From NCBI GenBank assembly GCA_963667785.2, contig CAXXMU010000006.1, positions 64,001-128,000 on the forward strand: 64,000 bases of DNA, read 5' to 3'. The first letter of the stretch is position 1, and each line of letters begins with the position of its first letter. Source of the stretch: Alphaproteobacteria bacterium (GTDB taxonomy: Bacteria > Pseudomonadota > Alphaproteobacteria > UBA828). The translations under genes and the position numbers were made by a program. Of the stretch, positions 29,154-40,337 are shown in pieces. Under the pieces are notes generated by a model that worked only from the letters and a program-made list of their open reading frames with translations, did not search any database and was not told the DNA's origin.

Positions 29154-31436
29154 ATGCCGTTCCGCCTCTCCACCGTCGCCGCCGGGGTCGCCACCGGCAC
29201 GGCGGCGCTCCTGCTCTCGGCCTGCGCCCTGCTCGCGCCGCTGCCGGAGCAGAAGAGCGTCACCGAGCGCCTGGAGGCCTTCCCCACGAGGGACCTGCCG
29301 CTCGACGGGCCGGTGACGATCCATTGGAGCGAGCGGCAGATCCCCTTCATCGAGGCGGCGAGCGACGGCGACGCGGCGTTCGCGCTCGGACTCGTGCACG
29401 CCCACCTGCGGCTGGGGCAGATGGCGACCATGCGCATGATCGCGCGGGGGCGCGTGTCGGAGATGGTCGGCCCCCTCGGCGTCGATATCGACCACGGCCT
29501 GCGCACCCTGGCGTTCGGCCGCGCCGCGGCGGAGATCGAGCGCCGCCTGGACGAGCCCACGCGGCTCTGGGTCCGGCGCTTCGTGGACGGCATCAACCAC
29601 TACCAGGAGACCGCCGCCGCGCTGCCGCACGACTTCGACGTCCTCGGCCTGGAGCCCGAGCCCTGGACGGTCGCCGACGTGTTCGCCATGGGGCGGCTGG
29701 CCGGCACGGACGTGAACTGGCTGGTCTGGATGGACCTGCTCCCGCTGCGGGCTCGCGCCGGCTGGGACGAGCTCTGGGCGCGGCTGGTGGAGGGCGGCGC
29801 GGTCTCGGTCGCCGGTTCCGCCGGCACAGGCGACACCGCGCGGGCGCAGCGTTGGCTCGGCGGGCTGTCGAAATCCGGCAGCAACAGCGTCGCCGTGGCG
29901 GCCGGTCGCACCGATACGGGCGGCGCGCTCATGGCCAACGACCCGCACCTCGGCATTCTCGTGCCCAACGTCTGGCTGATCGCCGGTATCAAGTCGCCCT
30001 CCTATCACGCGGTGGGGCTGATGGCGCCGGGGCTGCCGATCTTCGCCATCGGCCGCAACCCGCACGTCGCCTGGGGCGGCACCAACATGCGCGCGGCCTC
30101 GAGCGACCTCTTCGACGTGAGCGACGTGCCGGCCGCGGAGATCGTCGAGCGGCGGGAGGAGATCGGCGTCCGCTGGTGGTTCGACAGCGACGTGACCGTG
30201 CGCGAGACGCGATGGGGGCCGATCGTCACCGACGTGCCGCTGCTTGCCGAGATGGGCCTGCCGCCGCTCGCGCTTAAGTGGACCGGCCACGACGCCAGCG
30301 ACGAGATCGGCGCCATGCTCGCGGTGAGCCGGGCGCAGAGCTTCGCGGAGTTCCGCGCGGCCTTCGACGACTTCGCCGTGCCGGGCCAGAACATGCTCTA
30401 TGCGGACAGCGACGGGAACATCGGCCGGGTCATGGCGGTGCGGCTCCCCGGCCGGGGCGGCCCGCCCGCCGACATCGCCGTCGAGACGGACCTCCACGAC
30501 GCCGCGTGGTCCGCCATGCGGGGCGCCGCGGACCTGCCCTACAGCTACAACCCGGAGGCGGGCTACCTGGTCTCCGCCAACGACCGGCCGCCGGCGACGG
30601 ACGTGCCGGTGGGCTTCTTCTTCTCGCGCGACGACCGGGTGGACCGCATGCACGCCCTCGTCGCGGCCGACGACGCCGTCGGCGTCGAGACCCTGAAGAC
30701 GCTGCAGCAGGACGTCCACATGGCGTCATCGGTGGCGCTGCGCGACCTACTCGTCTCCCGGCTCGATGCGCTCGGATTGGCCGAGGATGCCGATGCCGAC
30801 GCCAGGACGGCGATCGACCGGCTGCGCGCGTGGGACGGCGAATACCGGGCCGATTCGACCGGCGCGGTCACGTTCGAGCAGTTCCGCCACGCCTTCACCA
30901 CGCGCTTCTACGTCCTGCTCCACGGAGAGGACGACGGGGAGACCTTCGCCTCCATCGGCCGGCGCACGGCGCTGCTCGGCGAGGAGATCGCCGCGGCGGA
31001 CGAGGAGACGCTGCGCGCGGCCCTTGCCGCCGGGCTGGAGGCGGCCGCGGACGGCCTCGAGTCGTTCGCAAACTGGGGCGAGATGCACCGCCTCAGCCTC
31101 GCCCATCCCCTCGCCAACGTCCCGCTCCTCGGCGGGCGCTACGAGTTCGCCGAGGCCGGCGTCGGCGGCAGCTCGGAGACGCTGATGAAGACGGCGCACG
31201 ATGCCGCCGCCGGGCGCCATAGCGTGAACTACGGCTCCAACGCGCGCCACATCTCCGACATGACCGACCCGGACGAGAACTATTTCGTGCTGCTGGGCGG
31301 GCAGGACGGCTGGTTCAACAGCACGACCATCCTGGACCAGTGGGAGCTCTGGCAGCGCGGCGAGTACGTGCGCGTGCCGCTCACGCTTGCCGAGGTTCGC
31401 GCGCGCTTTCCCCACACGCTGTCCCTCGGGAATTGA
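29154..31436 (+). CDS. penicillin acylase family Ntn-hydrolase, lipoprotein
   Basis: Lipobox LSAC, IPFIEA, RLGQM, GSNSVAV (N-terminal nucleophile Ser), ANDPHL, QNMLYAD, SAND. Confidence 0.9.
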   Translation: MPFRLSTVAAGVATGTAALLLSACALLAPLPEQKSVTERLEAFPTRDLPLDGPVTIHWSERQIPFIEAASDGDAAFALGLVHAHLRLGQMATMRMIARGRVSEMVGPLGVDIDHGLRTLAFGRAAAEIERRLDEPTRLWVRRFVDGINHYQETAAALPHDFDVLGLEPEPWTVADVFAMGRLAGTDVNWLVWMDLLPLRARAGWDELWARLVEGGAVSVAGSAGTGDTARAQRWLGGLSKSGSNSVAVAAGRTDTGGALMANDPHLGILVPNVWLIAGIKSPSYHAVGLMAPGLPIFAIGRNPHVAWGGTNMRAASSDLFDVSDVPAAEIVERREEIGVRWWFDSDVTVRETRWGPIVTDVPLLAEMGLPPLALKWTGHDASDEIGAMLAVSRAQSFAEFRAAFDDFAVPGQNMLYADSDGNIGRVMAVRLPGRGGPPADIAVETDLHDAAWSAMRGAADLPYSYNPEAGYLVSANDRPPATDVPVGFFFSRDDRVDRMHALVAADDAVGVETLKTLQQDVHMASSVALRDLLVSRLDALGLAEDADADARTAIDRLRAWDGEYRADSTGAVTFEQFRHAFTTRFYVLLHGEDDGETFASIGRRTALLGEEIAAADEETLRAALAAGLEAAADGLESFANWGEMHRLSLAHPLANVPLLGGRYEFAEAGVGGSSETLMKTAHDAAAGRHSVNYGSNARHISDMTDPDENYFVLLGGQDGWFNSTTILDQWELWQRGEYVRVPLTLAEVRARFPHTLSLGN

Positions 31437-31507
31437 CCGGGGACGCCGGAGGCACCTGCTCTTGGAGTTCCGTCCCGGTACTGTGCATGAACGACTCCTT
31501 CCTCCAC

Positions 31508-31596
31508 CGTCATGCCCGGACTTGTTCCGGGCATCCACGTTTTTGCTCGTACTGCACGAACACTCGTGGATGGCCGGGACAAGCACGGCCATGACG
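31508..31596. repeat. CGTC-type REP doublet (REPIN), copy F
   Basis: CGTCATGCCCGGACTTGTTCCGGGCATCCAC...GTGGATGGCCGGGACAAGCACGGCCATGACG. Confidence 0.88.
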
Positions 31597-31619
31597 AGGT
31601 AGGGGCGCCGCACTAGACC

Positions 31620-33197
31620 ATGTACGACGCGACCTGGCTCCTGCGCCTCTACGCCCGCCGCCGCCTCCGGCAGCTCGCGGCGCTGGACCCGGAGCGGGCG
31701 CAGCGCCGCGTGCTCTCCTCCCTCATCCGCCGCGCGCGGCGCACGCGGTTCGGGCGGGACCACGGGTTCTCCGCCGCGTGGTCCCTCGACGACTACCGCG
31801 CGCGCGTCCCCTTGCGCGATTACGACGGGTTCTGGGAGGCCTACTGGCGCGCGCCCTTCCCCCGGCTCGCCGACTGCACCTGGCCCGGCCTCGTCCCCTG
31901 GTTCGCCGTCTCGTCGGGAACGGCGACCGGCACCACGAAGTACATTCCCGTGAGCCGGGAGATGCACCGCGCCAACGTGCGGGCGGGCGCAGACCTGGTG
32001 ACCCACCATCTCGCCAACCGGCCGGAGAGCCGGCTCTTCGCCGGGCGCGTCTTCATGCTGGGCGGCTCGACCGGCCTGGAGCGCCGGGCACCGGGAGTCT
32101 TCAGCGGCGATCTCAGCGGCATCGCGGCGGCCGCCATGCCGGGCTGGGCGCGGCTCCGCTACTTCCCCCCGCGCGATCTCGAAGCCATCGCCGACTGGCA
32201 GGTCAAGATCGATCGCTTCGCCGCGCGGTCGCTCGACGAGGAGATCACGGGCATCGCCGGCACGCCGAGCTGGCTGCTCATCTTCCTCGAGCGCCTGATC
32301 GAGATCGCCGGCAGCCGCAGGCGCGGCGCGGCAGGCCGGATCGCCGACATCTATCCCGCGCTCGAGATGCTGTCCCACGGGGGCGTCGCCTGGGCCCCCT
32401 ATCGCGACCGCTTCGCCGCCCTGCTCGACGGCAGCCGGGCGGAGACGCGCGAGGTCTACCCGGCGAGCGAAGGGTTCTTCGCCGTCGCCGACCGGGGCGA
32501 CGGCGAGGGGCTCAGGCTGCTGCTCGACAACGGCATCTTCTACGAGTTCATCCCCCTCGATCAGCTCGGGAGCGAACGGCCCGACTGCCGCTGGATCGGC
32601 GACGCGGAGCCGGGCGTGAACTACGCGCTCGCCGTGACCACCTGCGCCGGCCTCTGGCGCTATCTGGTCGGCGACACAGTGACCGTGGTCGACCGCACGC
32701 CGCCCCGCGTCCTCGTCACCGGGCGGACGAGCTACATGCTGTCGGCCTTCGGCGAGCACGTGATCGGCGCGGAGGTCGAGCGCGCCGTGGCCGAGGCGGC
32801 GAGAGCGATCGGCGCCACGGTCAGCGACTTCGCCGCAGGAAGCCTCTTTCCCGAGGAGGCGAGCGCGCGCGGCGGCCACCTCTACATCGTCGAGCTGGGG
32901 GCGGAGGGCAGCGGCCCCGACTCCGGCAGCAAGGCGCGCTTCGCCGCCGCGCTCGACGCGACGCTCTGCCGCCTCAACGACGACTACGCCGCCCACCGTG
33001 CGGGCGGCTACGGCATGGACGCCGCGCGTGTGCGCTTCCTCCCCGCCGGCGCGTTTGCCGCGTGGATGAAGAGCCGCGGCAGGCTCGGCGGGCAGAACAA
33101 GGTGCCCCGCGTCATCAACGACCCGGCGCTCTTCGCCGCCCTGCAGGCGTTCGCCGATTCGCACGACGAGGCAGGGGAAGGGACGCGGCGGCCATGA
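31620..33197 (+). CDS. GH3 family acyl-acid amido synthetase-like protein
   Basis: SSGTATGTTKYIP (motif I), YPASEG (II), RYLVGD (III), GGQNKVPR. Confidence 0.88.
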   Translation: MYDATWLLRLYARRRLRQLAALDPERAQRRVLSSLIRRARRTRFGRDHGFSAAWSLDDYRARVPLRDYDGFWEAYWRAPFPRLADCTWPGLVPWFAVSSGTATGTTKYIPVSREMHRANVRAGADLVTHHLANRPESRLFAGRVFMLGGSTGLERRAPGVFSGDLSGIAAAAMPGWARLRYFPPRDLEAIADWQVKIDRFAARSLDEEITGIAGTPSWLLIFLERLIEIAGSRRRGAAGRIADIYPALEMLSHGGVAWAPYRDRFAALLDGSRAETREVYPASEGFFAVADRGDGEGLRLLLDNGIFYEFIPLDQLGSERPDCRWIGDAEPGVNYALAVTTCAGLWRYLVGDTVTVVDRTPPRVLVTGRTSYMLSAFGEHVIGAEVERAVAEAARAIGATVSDFAAGSLFPEEASARGGHLYIVELGAEGSGPDSGSKARFAAALDATLCRLNDDYAAHRAGGYGMDAARVRFLPAGAFAAWMKSRGRLGGQNKVPRVINDPALFAALQAFADSHDEAGEGTRRP

Positions 33198-33922
33198 CGA
33201 GGCGCGAGGCGTCCATCCGCCTGCTGATGATCGAGGACGACCGCGCGCTCGCCGAGATGGTGGCGACCTATCTGGAGCGCGCGGGCATGACGCTCGACCA
33301 TCGCGAGAGCGCCGGGGCCGGTCTCACTGCCGCCCTCGGCGGCGGCTACGACGCGGTCGTGCTCGACCTGATGCTGCCGGACGGCGACGGCCTCGACCTC
33401 TGCCGCGCCATCCGCGCCCGCTCGGACGTGCCGATCCTCATGCTGACCGCGCGCGGCGAGGAGGCCGACCGCATCGTCGGCCTCGAGATCGGCGCCGACG
33501 ACTACCTGCCCAAGCCCTTCAACCCGCGCGAGCTGCTGGCCAGGCTCCGCGCCATCCTGCGCCGGCGCGGGGCGGATAGCGCCGGCGGCCGGGCTGCGGC
33601 GGCCGAGACCATGCGCTTCGGTCGCCTCGTCATCGACCGCGCGGCGCGCCGGGTGCTGGTCGACGGCGAGACGCGCGCGCTGACCGGCCACCAGTTCGAT
33701 ATCCTCTGCGCGCTCGCCGAGAGCGCGGGCCGGGTGCTCAGCCGCGAGCAGCTCATGGACCGGGTGCGGGGCGAGGCGCTGGAGGCCTTCGACCGCAGCA
33801 TCGACGTGCACGTCTCGCGCATCCGGGCGGCGATCGAGGACGACCCGAAGAAGCCGCGCCGCATCGTCACCCTGCGGGGCGCGGGCTACCTCTTCACCCG
33901 CCGCCAGGACGAGGGCGCGTGA
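33194..33922 (+). CDS. OmpR-family response regulator
   Basis: IEDD, LDLMLP, MLTARG, GADDYLPKPF, RSIDVHVSRIR, TLRGAGY; ATGA overlap with GH3. Confidence 0.93.
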   Translation: MTRREASIRLLMIEDDRALAEMVATYLERAGMTLDHRESAGAGLTAALGGGYDAVVLDLMLPDGDGLDLCRAIRARSDVPILMLTARGEEADRIVGLEIGADDYLPKPFNPRELLARLRAILRRRGADSAGGRAAAAETMRFGRLVIDRAARRVLVDGETRALTGHQFDILCALAESAGRVLSREQLMDRVRGEALEAFDRSIDVHVSRIRAAIEDDPKKPRRIVTLRGAGYLFTRRQDEGA

Positions 33923-35214
33923 GGCGCCGCCTCTTCCTCCAGGTCTACCTGACGATGCTCGCCATCGTCGTGCTCTTCGGCGCGCTCGCGGCGATCGGCT
34001 GGTGGCTCACCGACGACGACGCTCTCGAAGCCGATCTCCGCCGGGGTCTCGGCACCCTGCTGGCCGAAGCGCTGCCGCCGCCCGGCGCGCCGCAGGGCGA
34101 GATCGAGGCCGCCCTCGCCCGGCTGGGCCGCGACATCGACGCCCGCATCACCGTGGTCGGCGCCGACGGCCGGCCGCTCGCGAGCCTCGGCGAGGCGTTG
34201 CCGGCGCCGGAGGAGCCGCCCGCCCGCTGGCGCGCGGGCCCGGGCCATGCCTTCGCCCTGCCGCTGCCGGACGGACGGCTGGTCCTCTACCGTGCGACGG
34301 AGGACCGGCCCCACGCGAAGGCGATCGGCTTCCTCGCGGCCCTTGCCGTCCTCGCGCTCGCCGTCGCCATCGGCGCCTGGCCGCTCGCCCGCCGGCTCGC
34401 GCGGCGGCTGGAGCGGCTGCAGACCCGGGTCGAGGCGCTGGGCGCCGGCGATCTCGCCGCCCGGGTCGAGGTCGAGGGCAGGGACGAGATCGCGGCGCTC
34501 GCGCGGAGCTTCAACCGGGCGGCCGCGCGCATCCAGGCGCTGGTGGAGGCCCAGCGGGACACGCTGGCCGCTGCCTCCCACGAGCTGCGCTCGCCGCTCG
34601 CCCGCATCCGCATGGCCGTCGAGCTGCTGGCGGAGAACGGCGATCCGCGCTTGCGCGCACGGATCGAGCGCGACGTGGAGGACCTCGACGCGCTGATCGA
34701 GGAGATCCTGCTGGCGAGCCGCCTCAGCACCCGGGAGGGGCCCCTGCATCGGGAGCGAATCGACCTCCAGGCGCTCTCGGCCGAGGAGGCCGCGCGGGCC
34801 GGCGCGGCGTTCGCGGGCGGGCCGGCTGCCGTGGACGGCGAGGGCCGGCTGCTCGCCCGACTCGTCCGCAACCTGCTCGAGAACGCCGCGCGCCACGCGC
34901 CCGGCGCGCCCGCCCGGGTGGAGCTCGCGGTGCGGGACGGCCGCGCGCTGCTCCGCGTGCTGGACCGCGGGCCCGGCGTGCCGGAGGCGGAGCGGGAGCG
35001 CATCTTCGATCCCTTCTACCGCCGGCCGGGCAGGCCCGCGGACGACGACGGAACCGGAGGCGATGACGGCGCCCCGGACGTCACGGGCGCGGGCCTCGGG
35101 CTCAGCCTGGTGCGCCAGATCGCCCGGCGCCACGGCGGCGAGGCGACCTGCCTGCCGCGCGATGGCGGCGGCGCCTGCTTCGAGGTGAGCCTGCCCGCGG
35201 CCGGGCCGTCGTAG
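33919..35214 (+). CDS. HAMP-domain sensor histidine kinase
   Basis: Two TM segments, DEIAALARSFN, SHELRSPL, NLLENA, DRGPG, GLGLSLV; GTGA overlap. Confidence 0.93.
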   Translation: MRRRLFLQVYLTMLAIVVLFGALAAIGWWLTDDDALEADLRRGLGTLLAEALPPPGAPQGEIEAALARLGRDIDARITVVGADGRPLASLGEALPAPEEPPARWRAGPGHAFALPLPDGRLVLYRATEDRPHAKAIGFLAALAVLALAVAIGAWPLARRLARRLERLQTRVEALGAGDLAARVEVEGRDEIAALARSFNRAAARIQALVEAQRDTLAAASHELRSPLARIRMAVELLAENGDPRLRARIERDVEDLDALIEEILLASRLSTREGPLHRERIDLQALSAEEAARAGAAFAGGPAAVDGEGRLLARLVRNLLENAARHAPGAPARVELAVRDGRALLRVLDRGPGVPEAERERIFDPFYRRPGRPADDDGTGGDDGAPDVTGAGLGLSLVRQIARRHGGEATCLPRDGGGACFEVSLPAAGPS

Positions 35215-35380
35215 TGTCCTGTTTCCGAAAGTCAGTACCCGCGGAGTCGGGCCTGCGAGGGATCCCTCCAAGCGCGGTTTTCTTGCACATCGTCATGCCC
35301 GGACCTGTTCCGGGCATCCACGTTCTTTGCCCCTGCTGCACGAAAACCCGTGGATGGCCGGGACAAGCCCGGCCATGACG
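35214..35380. repeat. CGTC-type REPIN copy G (35291-35380) with left arm GTGTCCTGTTTCCGAA at the kinase TAG
   Basis: Doublet as in copy F; left arm matches 49814-49829. Confidence 0.85.
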
Positions 35381-35473
35381 AGTCGGGGGGGGGGCGGCGC
35401 CCTCGCGGGCCGGAAATTGGCCCGGCCACTGTAACAAATTTGTTGTTGACAGACCCGCGACACTTAGCGTTTC

Positions 35474-35520
35474 CTACCACACGTTGCGGTCTTGTCGCCT
35501 TGTTGCCCTATATGTCGTTG
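35474..35520 (+). promoter_or_regulatory. tandem NrdR boxes
   Basis: CTACCACACGTTGCGG (35474) and GCCCTATATGTCGTTG (35505), 31 bp apart, resembling acaCwAtATaTwGtgt, upstream of nrdJ. Confidence 0.65.
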
Positions 35521-35581
35521 GGGACGGCAAGGCCGCGAGCGAGCGGTATATCGACGCAAGTCGTGTTCTTGGGGGTCTCTC

Positions 35582-38500
35582 ATGCGCATCGGGCGCCACT
35601 ATACGACGGACGACGGATCGCCCCGCGAGAAGATCGCCTACCGCACGACCACCTGCGAGATCCGCAACCCCGACGGCTCGGTGGTGTTCGCGCAGGAAGG
35701 CGTCGAGGTTCCGGCCGGCTGGTCGCAGGTCGCCTGCGACGTGCTCGCCCAGAAATATTTCCGCAAGGCCGGCATCGCCGCCCGCCGCAAGCCGGTGCCG
35801 GAGGACGGCGTGCCCGAGTGGCTGTGGCGGAGCGCGCCCGACCCTGATGCCGCGAACGGAGCGGACGGCGCGGACGACAAGCCGGCCCAGGGCGAGTGCT
35901 CGGCGAAGGAGGTCTTCCACCGCCTCGCCGGCACCTGGACCTACTGGGGCTGGAAGGCCGGCTACTTCGACGCCGAATCGGACGCCCGCGCCTTCTACGA
36001 CGAGCTCGTCGCCATGCTGGCGCTGCAGGTGGCGGCGCCCAACTCGCCGCAGTGGTTCAACACCGGCCTGCACTGGGCCTACGGCATCGATGGCCCGGCC
36101 CAGGGCCACTATTTCGTCGACTTCGAGAACGGCGCGCTGAACGAGGCGACCTCGGCCTACGAGCGCCCCCAGCCGCACGCCTGCTTCATCCAGAGCATCC
36201 AGGACGACCTCGTCAACGACGGCGGGATCATGGACCTCTGGGTGCGCGAGGCGCGGCTCTTCAAATACGGCTCCGGCACGGGCACCAACTTCTCCTCCCT
36301 GCGCGGCGAGGGCGAGCCGCTGTCCGGCGGCGGCAAGTCGTCCGGCCTGATGAGCTTCCTCAAGATCGGCGACCGCGCCGCCGGCGCCATCAAGTCGGGC
36401 GGCACCACGCGGCGCGCCGCCAAGATGGTCATCGTCGACGTCGACCACCCGGACATCGAGGACTTCGTCGACTGGAAGGCGGTCGAGGAGCAGAAGGTCG
36501 CGTCGCTGGTGAGCGGCTCGGCGCTGCTGCAGGCCCGCCTCAACGCGATCGTCGCCGCCTGCCACGAGGGGGACAGCGGCGAGCGCTTCGATCCCGCCGC
36601 CAACCGGGGGCTGGGGGAGGCGGTGCGCGAGGCGCGCAAGGCGCTGGTGCCAGAGACCTGCATCCACCGCGCGATTCGCTGGGCCGAGCAGGGCTACACC
36701 GAGATCGACTTCCGCATCTACGACACCGACTGGCAGTCGGAGGCCTATCTCACGGTCTCGGGCCAGAACTCCAACAACTCGATCCGCGTGACCGACGAGT
36801 TCCTGCGCCAGGTCGAGGCCGGCGGTGAGTGGGATCTCGTCCGCCGGACCGACGGCGCGGTGGCCCGGACCATCGACGCCCGCGCGCTCTGGGATCGGAT
36901 CGCCGAGGCCGCCTGGGCCTCGGCCGACCCCGGCATCCAGTTCGATTCCACCATCAACGCCTGGCACACCTGCCCGGCGGGCGGGCGGATCAACGCGTCG
37001 AACCCCTGCTCCGAGTACATGTTCCTCGACGACACCGCCTGCAACCTCGCCTCGCTCAACCTGATCACCTTCCGCCGCGCGGACGGCAGCTTCGACTCCG
37101 AGCGCTTCGAGCACGCGGTGAGGCTCTGGACCGTCGTCCTCGAGATCGCGGTGGTGATGGCGCAGTTCCCCTCGCGCGAGATCGCGCTGCGCTCGGACCG
37201 CTACCGCACCCTCGGCCTCGGCTTCGCCAATCTCGGCGGGCTGCTGATGTCGCTGGGGCTGCCCTACGACAGCGCCGAGGGCCGCGCGCTCTGCGGCGCC
37301 ATCAGCGCGCTGATGACCGGCACGGCGTACGCGACCTCGGCCGAGATGGCGGGCGAGCTGGGCGCGTTCCCGGCCTTCGCCGAGAACCGCGACGCCATGC
37401 TGCGGGTGATGCGCAACCACCGCGCCGCCGCCAGCGGCGAGACCGCGAGCTTCGAGGGACTCGACATCCAGCCGGCGCCGCTCGATCACGCCAACCTGCC
37501 CGATGACGCCCTCGGCGGGGCCGCCACCGGCGCCTGGGAGCGCGCGGTCACGCTCGGCGAGGAGCACGGATACCGCAACGCCCAGGCGACGGTGATCGCG
37601 CCCACCGGCACCATCGGCCTGGTCATGGACTGCGACACCACCGGGATCGAGCCCGACTTCGCCCTGGTGAAGTTCAAGAAGCTGGCGGGCGGCGGGCACT
37701 TCAAGATCATCAACGGAACCGTGCCCAAGGCACTGAAGACGCTGGGCTACTCGGAGACGCAGATCCGCGAGATCGTGGACTACGCGGTCGGCCGCGGCAC
37801 CCTCGACGGCGCGCCCGCGATCGATCACGCGGCGCTCGCGCGCAAGGGCTTCACCGAGGCCGTCATCGAACGGGTCGAGGGCGCCCTCAAGTCGGCCTTC
37901 GACCTCAACCTCGCCTTCAACAAGTGGACGCTCGGCGCCGACTTCTGCACCGGCACCCTCGGCCTCGACCCCCGCACCCTCGACGAGCCGGGCTTCGACC
38001 TGCTCGGCGCCATCGGCTTCAGCCCCGGCGAGATCGAGGCGGCGACGCTCTACTGCTGCGGCGCCATGACGCTGGAAGGGGCGCCGCACATCAAGGCCGA
38101 GCACCTGCCGGTCTTCGACTGCGCCAACCCCTGCGGGCGGACCGGCTCGAGCCGCTGCCTCTCCACCGAGAGCCACGTGCGGATGATGGCGGCGGCGCAG
38201 CCCTTCGTGTCAGGCGCCATCTCGAAGACCATCAACCTGCCGATGGACGCCACCGTCGAGGACTGCCGCAGGGCCTACGAGCTCTCCTGGCGCCTCGGGC
38301 TGAAGGCCAACGCGCTCTATCGGGACGGTTCCAAGCTTTCTCAGCCCCTCACCGCCCTCGTCCTGGGGGAGGGAGGGGAAGAGGTGGCCGGAGACGGAGA
38401 GGGGACGGAGAAGAGCCCCGCGGAGGGAGCTCCGGCCATCGAACCCACGCCGCTCGCGGTCGCCGAGCGGATCGTCCGGCAGGTCATCCGCGAGGGCGAG

Positions 38501-39295
38501 CGGCGGCGCCTGCCGCACCGCCGGCGCGGCTACACGCAGAAGGCCACCGTCGGCGGACACAAGGTCTATCTCAGGACCGGCGAGTTCCAGGACGGCTCCC
38601 TCGGCGAGATCTTCATCGACATGCACAAGGAGGGCGCCTCCTTCCGCAGCCTGATGAACAACTTCGCGATCTCGATCTCGATCGGCCTGCAGTACGGCGT
38701 GCCGCTGGACGAGTACGTCGACGCCTTCACCTTCACCCGGTTCGAGCCGGCGGGCACGGTGCACAACAACGACGCCATCAAGATGAGCACCTCGATCCTC
38801 GATTACATCTTCCGTGAGCTCGCCATCTCCTATCTCGGGCGCAGCGACCTCTCCCACGCCGAGGCCGAGGACCTGCTGCCGGACACCATCGGCGGCGGCG
38901 AGGAGCAGACCATACGCGCGCCGGTGGACGAGGGGCGCGGGCGCGCCGGCGCCGGTCCCGACGACCCGGTGAGCGCGGGCTACGTCCGCTCGAACCTGCT
39001 GGTGCTCAACGGCGGCGCCGCCGGCAACGGCAACGAGGCCGGTGGCCGCGAGAGCGCCCGCCGGGCGGGCGCGGCGCACGGCGGAGACGCCATGGCGACC
39101 CCTGCCCTGCGCGAGCGGCCGGCTGCCGTCCTGGTGGAGGCCGCGTCGCCCGCGGCCGGGCGCGACAGCCTGACCCAGGCGCGCGGCAAGGGCTACGAGG
39201 GCGAGGCCTGCGGCGATTGCGGCAACTTCACGCTGGTCCGCAACGGGACCTGCATGAAGTGTGTGACTTGCGGCGCTACCAGTGGTTGTTCCTGA
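35582..39295 (+). CDS. nrdJ: class II (adenosylcobalamin-dependent) ribonucleotide reductase
   Basis: [38 protein letters not shown] domain, C-terminal C..C...C..C..TSGCS. Confidence 0.96.
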   Translation: MRIGRHYTTDDGSPREKIAYRTTTCEIRNPDGSVVFAQEGVEVPAGWSQVACDVLAQKYFRKAGIAARRKPVPEDGVPEWLWRSAPDPDAANGADGADDKPAQGECSAKEVFHRLAGTWTYWGWKAGYFDAESDARAFYDELVAMLALQVAAPNSPQWFNTGLHWAYGIDGPAQGHYFVDFENGALNEATSAYERPQPHACFIQSIQDDLVNDGGIMDLWVREARLFKYGSGTGTNFSSLRGEGEPLSGGGKSSGLMSFLKIGDRAAGAIKSGGTTRRAAKMVIVDVDHPDIEDFVDWKAVEEQKVASLVSGSALLQARLNAIVAACHEGDSGERFDPAANRGLGEAVREARKALVPETCIHRAIRWAEQGYTEIDFRIYDTDWQSEAYLTVSGQNSNNSIRVTDEFLRQVEAGGEWDLVRRTDGAVARTIDARALWDRIAEAAWASADPGIQFDSTINAWHTCPAGGRINASNPCSEYMFLDDTACNLASLNLITFRRADGSFDSERFEHAVRLWTVVLEIAVVMAQFPSREIALRSDRYRTLGLGFANLGGLLMSLGLPYDSAEGRALCGAISALMTGTAYATSAEMAGELGAFPAFAENRDAMLRVMRNHRAAASGETASFEGLDIQPAPLDHANLPDDALGGAATGAWERAVTLGEEHGYRNAQATVIAPTGTIGLVMDCDTTGIEPDFALVKFKKLAGGGHFKIINGTVPKALKTLGYSETQIREIVDYAVGRGTLDGAPAIDHAALARKGFTEAVIERVEGALKSAFDLNLAFNKWTLGADFCTGTLGLDPRTLDEPGFDLLGAIGFSPGEIEAATLYCCGAMTLEGAPHIKAEHLPVFDCANPCGRTGSSRCLSTESHVRMMAAAQPFVSGAISKTINLPMDATVEDCRRAYELSWRLGLKANALYRDGSKLSQPLTALVLGEGGEEVAGDGEGTEKSPAEGAPAIEPTPLAVAERIVRQVIREGERRRLPHRRRGYTQKATVGGHKVYLRTGEFQDGSLGEIFIDMHKEGASFRSLMNNFAISISIGLQYGVPLDEYVDAFTFTRFEPAGTVHNNDAIKMSTSILDYIFRELAISYLGRSDLSHAEAEDLLPDTIGGGEEQTIRAPVDEGRGRAGAGPDDPVSAGYVRSNLLVLNGGAAGNGNEAGGRESARRAGAAHGGDAMATPALRERPAAVLVEAASPAAGRDSLTQARGKGYEGEACGDCGNFTLVRNGTCMKCVTCGATSGCS

Positions 39296-39333
39296 CGACC
39301 GTCCATCTCCCGCGGTCATGAACCACTGGCACT

Positions 39334-39368
39334 GGGGAGTGCGTGCAACGCGCACTCCCCTCTTTTCT
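39334..39368 (+). terminator. intrinsic terminator after nrdJ
   Basis: GGGGAGTGCG...CGCACTCCCC stem followed by TCTTTTCT. Confidence 0.7.
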
Positions 39369-39473
39369 CGGGGCGCGCATTTGAGCGCCCTTTGCCGCAT
39401 CCGTCAAGCGGTCTGACCAATGCACTGGTACAGGCGCCGCGGCCGCCGCAGGCAGGGACCCACGAGCAAGACC

Positions 39474-40292
39474 ATGAGACACTGCACCGTCGGCGCGCTG
39501 ATCGGGGCGCTCGCGCTGGTTCTCGCCGCCTGTCAGCCGCAGGGAACGGCCACGCCGATCGCCAGCGACGAGGCGGGGGTGAGTCTCGCGTCCTGGCTCG
39601 CCAAACCCGAGGGGGACGGCCCCTTCCCCGCGGTCGTCCTGACGCACGGCTGCTCCGGCCTCCAGAGAGACACGTCGCATCGGACGGTCTGGCGCGGCCT
39701 GGCTCGTCACGCCGCGTTTCTGAACGAGCACGGCTACGTCACGCTCATCCTGGACAGCTTCGGCCCGCGCCGCATCACCGACGGCTGCCAGACCGGGTTG
39801 AAGTACACGTCGGTGCAAATGGACGACGCCTACCTCGCCTTCGATCATCTGGCGTCGCTGCCCTTCGTGGATGTCGAGCGCATCGGATTCGTCGGCCAGT
39901 CGCTTGGCGGCAGCACGGCGCTGTACCTGGCTCAGAGATACACCAACAATCGACGCGCCCGACAGGGTCTGCCCACCTACGCAGCGCTCGTCGCCTACTA
40001 TCCCTGGTGCGAGACGTCCTGGGTCCACACCCTGGTTCGTCCGGTCCTGATTCTGATCGGCGCCGACGACGACTGGACGCCGGCCTCCCGCTGCGTTCCT
40101 CTCGATCCCGCGGTCGAGCTGATGGTCTATCCGGACACGCACCACTCCTTCGATCTGCCCATGCAAGGCACGTTCGTCGTCGAAGGCATGTTCGGCAGCG
40201 TTCACACGGTGGCCGCCAACGACGACGCACGGCGGGACTCGCAGGCGCGCATGCTCGACTTCTTCGACGACTACCTTGGCCCGCTGTATTGA
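39474..40292 (+). CDS. dienelactone hydrolase family lipoprotein
   Basis: Lipobox LAAC, GPFPAVV..HGCSG, GQSLGG, YYP.C, DDWTP, HSFD. Confidence 0.85.
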   Translation: MRHCTVGALIGALALVLAACQPQGTATPIASDEAGVSLASWLAKPEGDGPFPAVVLTHGCSGLQRDTSHRTVWRGLARHAAFLNEHGYVTLILDSFGPRRITDGCQTGLKYTSVQMDDAYLAFDHLASLPFVDVERIGFVGQSLGGSTALYLAQRYTNNRRARQGLPTYAALVAYYPWCETSWVHTLVRPVLILIGADDDWTPASRCVPLDPAVELMVYPDTHHSFDLPMQGTFVVEGMFGSVHTVAANDDARRDSQARMLDFFDDYLGPLY

Positions 40293-40337
40293 GGCCATGC
40301 CGGCGCCGACCCTCACCCACATCAGCAGGACGAGACC

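Noticed and set aside
35214-35581. Cobalamin riboswitch upstream of nrdJ
   Set aside because: No recognisable B12 box; the region is explained by the REPIN, promoter and NrdR boxes
35582-39295. Intein or intron in nrdJ
   Set aside because: The length fits alphaproteobacterial NrdJ with a TSCPD domain; no splice-junction or homing-endonuclease motifs seen
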